From a virus (lineage: Duplodnaviria > Caudoviricetes), in IMG/VR virus record IMGVR_UViG_3300037424_000754, positions 1-61,644 of that record: a stretch of 61,644 nt of DNA; one strand, 5' to 3'. How positions within the stretch are numbered: the stretch's first letter is position 1; the number at the start of each line of letters is the position of its first letter. Both the position numbers and the translations under genes were made by a program. Shown here in pieces: positions 56,473-61,644 of this stretch. The notes beneath the pieces were generated by a model. The model saw only the letters and a list, made by a program, of their open reading frames with translations. It did not search any database and was not told the DNA's origin.

Positions 56473-56769
56473 TTACTCGGCCTTGATTGATGGGGGCGTT
56501 CCGGCCCTGTGAGCGTTACGGAGCCTTGCGTCGGTGTCAGGATGCTGCTCGATTAGCTCCACGTCGCAGTAGCGGATACTGCCCCACGGCACGAGCATAT
56601 ACACCGTGGTCGCGCCAGTTGGCTTATCGAGAACCTTCTTAACCACCACGCCATTCTGGGTTTCCGTGAATCCGATCCTGCTATCCGTACCGTATATGGC
56701 GCGATCGGAAAGCGCCCCAACGCCACCTGAGTCTGCCGCCATGTGAATCGCCTTGATCATGTATTGCAT
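56473..56769 (-). CDS. Hypothetical protein
   Basis: RBS, LVPWGSI motif. Confidence 0.6.
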   Translation of the reverse strand: MQYMIKAIHMAADSGGVGALSDRAIYGTDSRIGFTETQNGVVVKKVLDKPTGATTVYMLVPWGSIRYCDVELIEQHPDTDARLRNAHRAGTPPSIKAE

Positions 56770-56785
56770 TTTTGGTTCCCCTTGG

Positions 56786-57325
56786 TCACTTCATGTATGG
56801 GTTATACACCGGCCCTGGACGGTAGATACGCCTCCGACCGGACGAGTCTCCCGGGTCCGGCTCATCGTGGGCTGCGGGCCATTTTCGGAGCAGGGTTTCA
56901 GCACCCCGCCAGCGTGCTTCGCCCGTGGTTCGGTCGAATCGATCCTTCGTGTGGTGAGTGAAGTAACACCGCATCGGGTCCGGGACTGTGGCGGTTATCA
57001 GTTTCGTGGCGATCCCTAGCTGCCGCCATGCCTCCTTAACGAACAGGTAGTGAACTATCGGCATGTCCGCCGTGTCTTCTTCCAGCACGATGTATCCGTA
57101 GATCGTGTCATCGCTTTCTGGATCATGACCGATCGTGACGTGAGTGCCATGACGACACAGGATCTGCTCTATGGTCTCCCTGTTGTACATGTCGTAAACG
57201 GTCCTGTGGATCAGGCGCGCGAAATCGCTTCCCTTGTAGTAGCTCCTTTGCCAAGTCTGCATGATGAACGGTGCGTCGTCTGCCCGTTCACGCCTCATTC
57301 CGATCTTTAGGTCCCTATGGGTCAT
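56786..57325 (-). CDS. GNAT acetyltransferase
   Basis: IYGY..VHYLFVKEAWRQLGIATKL acetyl-CoA motif. Confidence 0.75.
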   Translation of the reverse strand: MTHRDLKIGMRRERADDAPFIMQTWQRSYYKGSDFARLIHRTVYDMYNRETIEQILCRHGTHVTIGHDPESDDTIYGYIVLEEDTADMPIVHYLFVKEAWRQLGIATKLITATVPDPMRCYFTHHTKDRFDRTTGEARWRGAETLLRKWPAAHDEPDPGDSSGRRRIYRPGPVYNPYMK

Positions 57326-57671
57326 CTATCCGTTTCTCCAGTCCGCTCTCCATGTCGAACTCCCGAAGGTACCACCTTCCCGTTTTCTTGCTCTTGCTCC
57401 ACCCATGCACGTGGATGAACCACCCTACATCAAAAAGGATGACCAAGTCATCCCGGTGCTCGCCTTGTATCTTGGCGATCCTAGCCTGCATGTTACTGCC
57501 GGTCGTTGTCTGTACACCTATCGTACCATGCCTGTTCACCGCCAGTATGTCGATGAAACCGAAGAGGTCCTGTCGAATCTTGGCGAATGCGTTCCATTTC
57601 TCTGTGATGCCGACAAGCCCCCCATGTCGCTTAAGCAGGTAAGCCTTCGATCGAGAGGTCGGTGAACTCAT
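57315..57671 (-). CDS. PD-(D/E)xK endonuclease / resolvase-like protein
   Basis: E.WN...R.DLFGFIDILAV...GVQTT. Confidence 0.6.
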   Translation of the reverse strand: MSSPTSRSKAYLLKRHGGLVGITEKWNAFAKIRQDLFGFIDILAVNRHGTIGVQTTTGSNMQARIAKIQGEHRDDLVILFDVGWFIHVHGWSKSKKTGRWYLREFDMESGLEKRIDDP

Positions 57672-57768
57672 CTAGTCCTTTTGTGGCAAACGCGCCAGGG
57701 TGTCTTGTTACGCTGCGATTTTAAGCATTCAATTACAACCGGCCGACCGAACGACTCAAACGGGTGAA

Positions 57769-57882
57769 TCCGCAGCGTGCCGCCTTAAGGGACGGACTGG
57801 CGGCACTCTAAGAGTGCCCGCCTTGTCCCTGTATACGTGCGCTGCGTTACAGGGCCTCTGTTACGCTGCGGCGCTCTGGCAC
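57769..57882 (+). repeat. Dispersed element copy B, downstream of primase-helicase
   Basis: Matches reverse complement of 38784..38896. Confidence 0.8.
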
Positions 57883-58028
57883 CTATGGATTTTATTGAGC
57901 TTTTCGGGACCACATTGATCGGGACGAACACCCTCTGTGGGTGAAGTGTAAAAACAAGGGGTACCGGGACAGGCCTCGCGCCAAAGGATGTTACGCTAAA
58001 TTGTAAATATTTCCCCGTTCGGGTATGG

Positions 58029-60110
58029 CTAGTCATCGTCACCCTCCGGGGTTGTTTTGCCTTCCTTGGGCACATAGGCGTTGAGCGCCTTCTTGTTCTT
58101 GCCGTGGGAGCGAGGGATCGCTTCAACCCAGTCCAGTTTTATGAGGAGTTCCAGGGCAATCCTCGCGGAGCGTCTGGTGAGCCCGGGGAGAGGCTTCTTG
58201 TGTAGCTCACCCATGGTGAACCCTTCCGGCGGGAGGAGCGCGAGCAGCTTCACGGCGTCAGCCCTGACCTTCTCGTCGCCGGTCAGCGCTCTAAGGTAGA
58301 TGCCACCGCATGACGCTTCCACGGGCTGCCAGACGACCTGCTCCGCTTTTCTACAGTGCGTGGACTTGCCGTGAGTCATAACTACCGGAGCTAACGGATC
58401 CTGTTCGTCGCTGTTCTTGGGTTCTGGCCTGGTGAAGTTTACGATCGAGCGAACGGCGTCCGACAGCGCTCCGCCTCCTCGGCCCGCGTAACTATCGGTT
58501 GTGTCATCCCGGGCGGCCTGTTTACTGACATGGCGAACGATGCCGACCGATGCCCCGGAGCCTGTAGCGATCTCCTCAAGCGCGTTAGCGAAGGCTGCCT
58601 GAACACGGTTCGCGTTCTCGTCACCGTCCGCCAGCCGAGCCGCCGTCTCCAGGAAAACGAGAAAGGCACCGTTAACCATCTCGGTTAGCTTCTCGACGAT
58701 GAGTGTTCGGGGGCCGGGGGTGCCATACTCCATCATCATCAACGTTACGCCCCGGAGGTGCTCCCGGGTCAGGAAGAATGCGTTATTGCGAATGCATTTC
58801 GTAGCTTCCGCGCGCGCCTCTCCGATCGGGATGGCTTCGAGCCAGGCTCCAACGCGAAGGGCGACAGTCCGCTCGTCATCCTCTGCCGTGATGAAGACCG
58901 CTTTGCCCTTAAGGGCAGGCATCGGCCCGAGCCGCCGGCCGGTCGCAACGGATAGGCATGCCGCTAACGCTAGGGTAGATTTAAAAATGGCGTGCTTACC
59001 GGTCCATTCCACGACTTCGCCTCGGGGGGCGATCGGGTTGATGGCGTATTCTATGGGGGCGTACTTCGTGTCGAGTATCTGGCTGCCGGAAATGAAATCC
59101 GGGATGATGTGCGGGGGCCTGGATTTGTCTATTGCCTTTAGCAGTATGTCGAGGGCCTCAGATGGCCCCGCTTTCTCCAGTATTTCCCCGATGTCCTTGT
59201 ATCCTTTCACTGAGACGCGGCGGCACTTCCCGGGACCTAGCGCTTTCAGGATCGCGTCGGACGCTTCGTTCCCTGGTTCATCCCAGTCAAGCGCAAGGTA
59301 TACAAGTTTCTGCGTCTTTAGCTTCTTCGCGGTGACCTGGGCTAGGCTGACGCCCGGCATGGCTACTATTGATGCGCCAGCCTCCCCTCCTACCTCGGCC
59401 GCGAGCCCCATCGACAGGGCCGCCAGGGCGTCGCGCTCCCCCTCGACCAGGATCGTCGTTCCATCTTGAACCAGGGTACTCTCCCGGTACAGGGACGTAG
59501 GCTGACCGGACGGGACCCGCATGAACGTCTTAGGTCCATCAAGCGACCTACAGTTAGCGAACGTCCACTGTCCGTTTAGCTGATAAGGGTACACCAGCCA
59601 TCTGCGCGTTTCGTGAGCCCCGGCGACGAGAAGCCCAAGGCGGCTACCCTTGATCACGTCTTCATTGAACTTCAGGGTCTGTTTTACGTACTGCAAAAGA
59701 GGCTCATCCGCCAGCAGGGCCTCATGCATCGCCTGAACCTGTTTATCTGTAAGTGGACTTGGCCTGTTCTTTTTTTGGGGCTCCTTCCCCGGGCTCGGAG
59801 GGAACAGTTGACGGACATCGATGCCGAGCGCATCGAGCACGGCCGGCGTTTCACATCCCGCATGACAGTGCAGGAGAATCCGGCCGCCCTCGCTTTCGGT
59901 TACGGAGAGGCTTGGCGATCGATCCTCGTGGGCGGGGCACAGGGCAAGATACCCGTCCCCCATTTTCTTGACCCCGGTCAGTCGCGATAGAACGTCCTGC
60001 ACGGCAAGGGATGCCGTCGCTGGCGGGAGGATCAAGCTGGACCCCTTCTTGCCCGGGTGCTGGGGCAGAAGATGGAAAAGTGGACGTGCCCCGTCCATGA
60101 AGCGTCGCAA
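58029..60110 (-). CDS. Primase-helicase: CHC2 zinc finger + TOPRIM + RepA/AAA_25-type helicase
   Basis: CPAHED..PS..HCHAGC; VEGERD, LDWDEPG, KD; GKHAIFKS, AED, HVSK, RGGGAL.D..R; true start may be TTG near 60035. Confidence 0.88.
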   Translation of the reverse strand: MRRFMDGARPLFHLLPQHPGKKGSSLILPPATASLAVQDVLSRLTGVKKMGDGYLALCPAHEDRSPSLSVTESEGGRILLHCHAGCETPAVLDALGIDVRQLFPPSPGKEPQKKNRPSPLTDKQVQAMHEALLADEPLLQYVKQTLKFNEDVIKGSRLGLLVAGAHETRRWLVYPYQLNGQWTFANCRSLDGPKTFMRVPSGQPTSLYRESTLVQDGTTILVEGERDALAALSMGLAAEVGGEAGASIVAMPGVSLAQVTAKKLKTQKLVYLALDWDEPGNEASDAILKALGPGKCRRVSVKGYKDIGEILEKAGPSEALDILLKAIDKSRPPHIIPDFISGSQILDTKYAPIEYAINPIAPRGEVVEWTGKHAIFKSTLALAACLSVATGRRLGPMPALKGKAVFITAEDDERTVALRVGAWLEAIPIGEARAEATKCIRNNAFFLTREHLRGVTLMMMEYGTPGPRTLIVEKLTEMVNGAFLVFLETAARLADGDENANRVQAAFANALEEIATGSGASVGIVRHVSKQAARDDTTDSYAGRGGGALSDAVRSIVNFTRPEPKNSDEQDPLAPVVMTHGKSTHCRKAEQVVWQPVEASCGGIYLRALTGDEKVRADAVKLLALLPPEGFTMGELHKKPLPGLTRRSARIALELLIKLDWVEAIPRSHGKNKKALNAYVPKEGKTTPEGDDD

Positions 60111-60242
60111 CCAAGCGCCAGCTTAACAGGTCGGAATTTCTGGGAGCACGGAGTCACCTTACCCGTCCCGGGGGCAGGAGGCGAGGCCCCTTGCGGTGCT
60201 CTCTCCATGTGCTTAGGGTGGGCTATCCGGGGAACTTTCATC

Positions 60243-60272
60243 TTGACAGGCGCCGCGAGGGTCCGGTATATG
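60243..60272 (+). promoter_or_regulatory. Candidate promoter for + strand operon
   Basis: TTGACA-18-TATATG in the divergent intergenic region. Confidence 0.45.
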
Positions 60273-60283
60273 GCCTAGACTAT

Positions 60284-60565
60284 ATGACAAGCGAAAGTGG
60301 AGGCCCCCGCCGGCCGGCTCACAGGCGAACGATATCAGACTTCCGGGCCGATGAGCGTATGCAGGCGGCGAAAAGAATAGGGCCTCGAATCCGCGCCCTG
60401 CGCGAGAAGAACGGCATTTCACTAACCGCCCTAGCTCAGGCGGCCGGTAGGGACTCGGCGGCCCTAAGCCGTATAGAGATGGGCCGAGCATGGGTCATAC
60501 GGTTTTACGATCTGATACGGCTGGCTGATTCACTGAAGGTGGACGTGGGGGATCTGTTCAAATGA
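60284..60565 (+). CDS. XRE-family HTH regulator
   Basis: IG.RIRALREKNGISL..LA..AG....LSRIE.G...LA..L.V...DLF. Confidence 0.85.
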   Translation: MTSESGGPRRPAHRRTISDFRADERMQAAKRIGPRIRALREKNGISLTALAQAAGRDSAALSRIEMGRAWVIRFYDLIRLADSLKVDVGDLFK

Positions 60566-61251
60566 CGACGGTGTATAAGCTGACCGACGGAGACATGCGG
60601 ACGCGCGGGGGCTTCCAGTGGAAGCTTGGGGAGGAGAAAACTGCCCCAGGAACGGGAGAGCTTTGCACGAACGGATGGCTGCACGCCTACACCGATCCGC
60701 TCCTCGCCGTGCTCTTGGCCCCCGTTCACGGTGCGGAAAAGTACACCAGGCTGTTCCGGGCCGAGGGTGAGGTCGGGGCCACGAACCACGGCCTGAAGGT
60801 CGGCTGTGATCGGATGACCTTGGTGGAGGAGATGAAGCTGCCGGAGGTGACGACGGAGCAGCGGATCCGATTCGGGATCCTGTGCGCGCGGAAGGTCTGC
60901 CGGGACCCAGGATGGAGCGCATGGGCAGAGCGATGGCTCTCTGGCGAGGATCGCACCCAGGAGGCGGCGGAGCGGGCGGAGTCGGCGGCGAGGGCGGCGG
61001 CGGGGGCGGCGGCGGAGTGGGCGGCGAGGGCGGCGGAGTGGGCGGCGGAGCGGGCGGAGCGGGCGGAGGCGGCGGCGGAGGCGGGGGCGGCGGAGGCGGC
61101 GGAGCGGGCGGCGGAGGCGGCGGAGCGGGCGGAGGAGGCGGCGGCGTGGGCGGCGGAGGCGGGGGCGGAGGCGGCGGCGGCGTGGGCGGCGGGGGCTGGG
61201 GGCGCGGCGCTCGACCTGATCGGCCTGGCGCGCGAAGCAGTCTCGATTTGA
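60562..61251 (+). CDS. Hypothetical protein with Ala/Glu/Trp low-complexity repeat
   Basis: YKLTD..T....QW, LC..GWLH.Y..PLLA; ATGA coupling. Confidence 0.7.
   Translation: MTTVYKLTDGDMRTRGGFQWKLGEEKTAPGTGELCTNGWLHAYTDPLLAVLLAPVHGAEKYTRLFRAEGEVGATNHGLKVGCDRMTLVEEMKLPEVTTEQRIRFGILCARKVCRDPGWSAWAERWLSGEDRTQEAAERAESAARAAAGAAAEWAARAAEWAAERAERAEAAAEAGAAEAAERAAEAAERAEEAAAWAAEAGAEAAAAWAAGAGGAALDLIGLAREAVSI
60961..61200 (+). repeat. GCG/GAG-based low-complexity tandem repeat
   Basis: Repeated gcggcggag / gagcgg / gcgtgg units. Confidence 0.85.
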
Positions 61252-61264
61252 GCAGGAGTGAGCT

Positions 61265-61480
61265 ATGAGCGCAACCAAGCGAACGAAAGCGATAGCAGAC
61301 TGGCACGAGGCGACCGAACGAGCAGAGGAGGCATGGGAACGCGCTCGCATGGCTCTAGAAAAAACATGGAATGAGATGAAGCGAGCCGTGTTCGCGGAGA
61401 TCCGGGCGGAAGCGATTGCACGGGAAGTGGAGGGATCCGTGGCACAGGCAGCGGCGCCCGAGGAGCCGGACCATGAGTGA
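61265..61480 (+). CDS. Small helical hypothetical protein
   Basis: AGGAG RBS; overlaps YqaJ start. Confidence 0.6.
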   Translation: MSATKRTKAIADWHEATERAEEAWERARMALEKTWNEMKRAVFAEIRAEAIAREVEGSVAQAAAPEEPDHE

Positions 61481-61644
61481 TCTGGGCCACCCGGATCAAG
61501 AGGCGGCAGAGCACAGGGCTCTCCTGGAGGAGAAAAAGCTCGGCACCATAGGAGGAACCGAAGCAAGCATCATCGCCCTGGAGCACGCCGGAGTAAAGCC
61601 CAAGTTCGGCCGCACGGCGTTTGGCGTGTGGAGTCAGATGATGG
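61473..61644 (+). CDS. 5' part of the YqaJ-family exonuclease (MSDLGHPDQE...)
   Basis: ATG at 61473 after GGAG, in frame with position 1. Confidence 0.8.
   Translation, partial: MSDLGHPDQEAAEHRALLEEKKLGTIGGTEASIIALEHAGVKPKFGRTAFGVWSQMM
61518..61644. repeat. Terminal direct repeat, copy 2
   Basis: Identical to 1-127. Confidence 0.95.

Noticed and set aside
60505-61566. Poly-Pro, poly-Arg and poly-Gly ORFs
   Set aside because: Alternative frames of the GCG-rich repeat in 60562..61251
1-61644. Stop-codon reassignment
   Set aside because: Genes tile densely under the standard code, with TAA, TAG and TGA all used as stops; the tRNA is not a suppressor

Overview
The window looks like a complete, circularly assembled tailed-phage genome: bases 1-127 are repeated exactly at 61518-61644, giving a unique length of about 61,517 bp. 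It is GC-rich and has podovirus-type architecture. The + strand (60.3 kb through the junction to 7.7 kb) carries early/recombination genes: XRE HTH, YqaJ exonuclease spanning the junction, RecT, a nucleoside deoxyribosyltransferase-like protein, an N4/N6 DNA methyltransferase and DUF932. The - strand carries a primase-helicase, a PD-(D/E)xK nuclease, a GNAT, terminase, portal, tRNA-Tyr, ExoX, SSB, many Cys-rich mini-genes, scaffold, capsid, a large block of shuffled accessory virion proteins (including GH123/IPT and pectate-lyase fusions), adaptor, nozzle and three ejection proteins. I could not recognise an integrase, DNA polymerase or endolysin. Protein styles suggest a Myxococcota-like host (inference only). 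The most striking unannotated signals are non-coding: (1) a type II hammerhead ribozyme right after DUF932; (2) a ~300-nt multi-hairpin RNA displaying eight (A/U)AUC motifs and ending in a pseudoknotted terminator; (3) a kissing-loop RNA between portal and tRNA; (4) two ~115-bp related elements with a compensatory base pair, in inverted orientation 19 kb apart (candidate paired origins). All family calls are from motif recognition by eye, with no database search.
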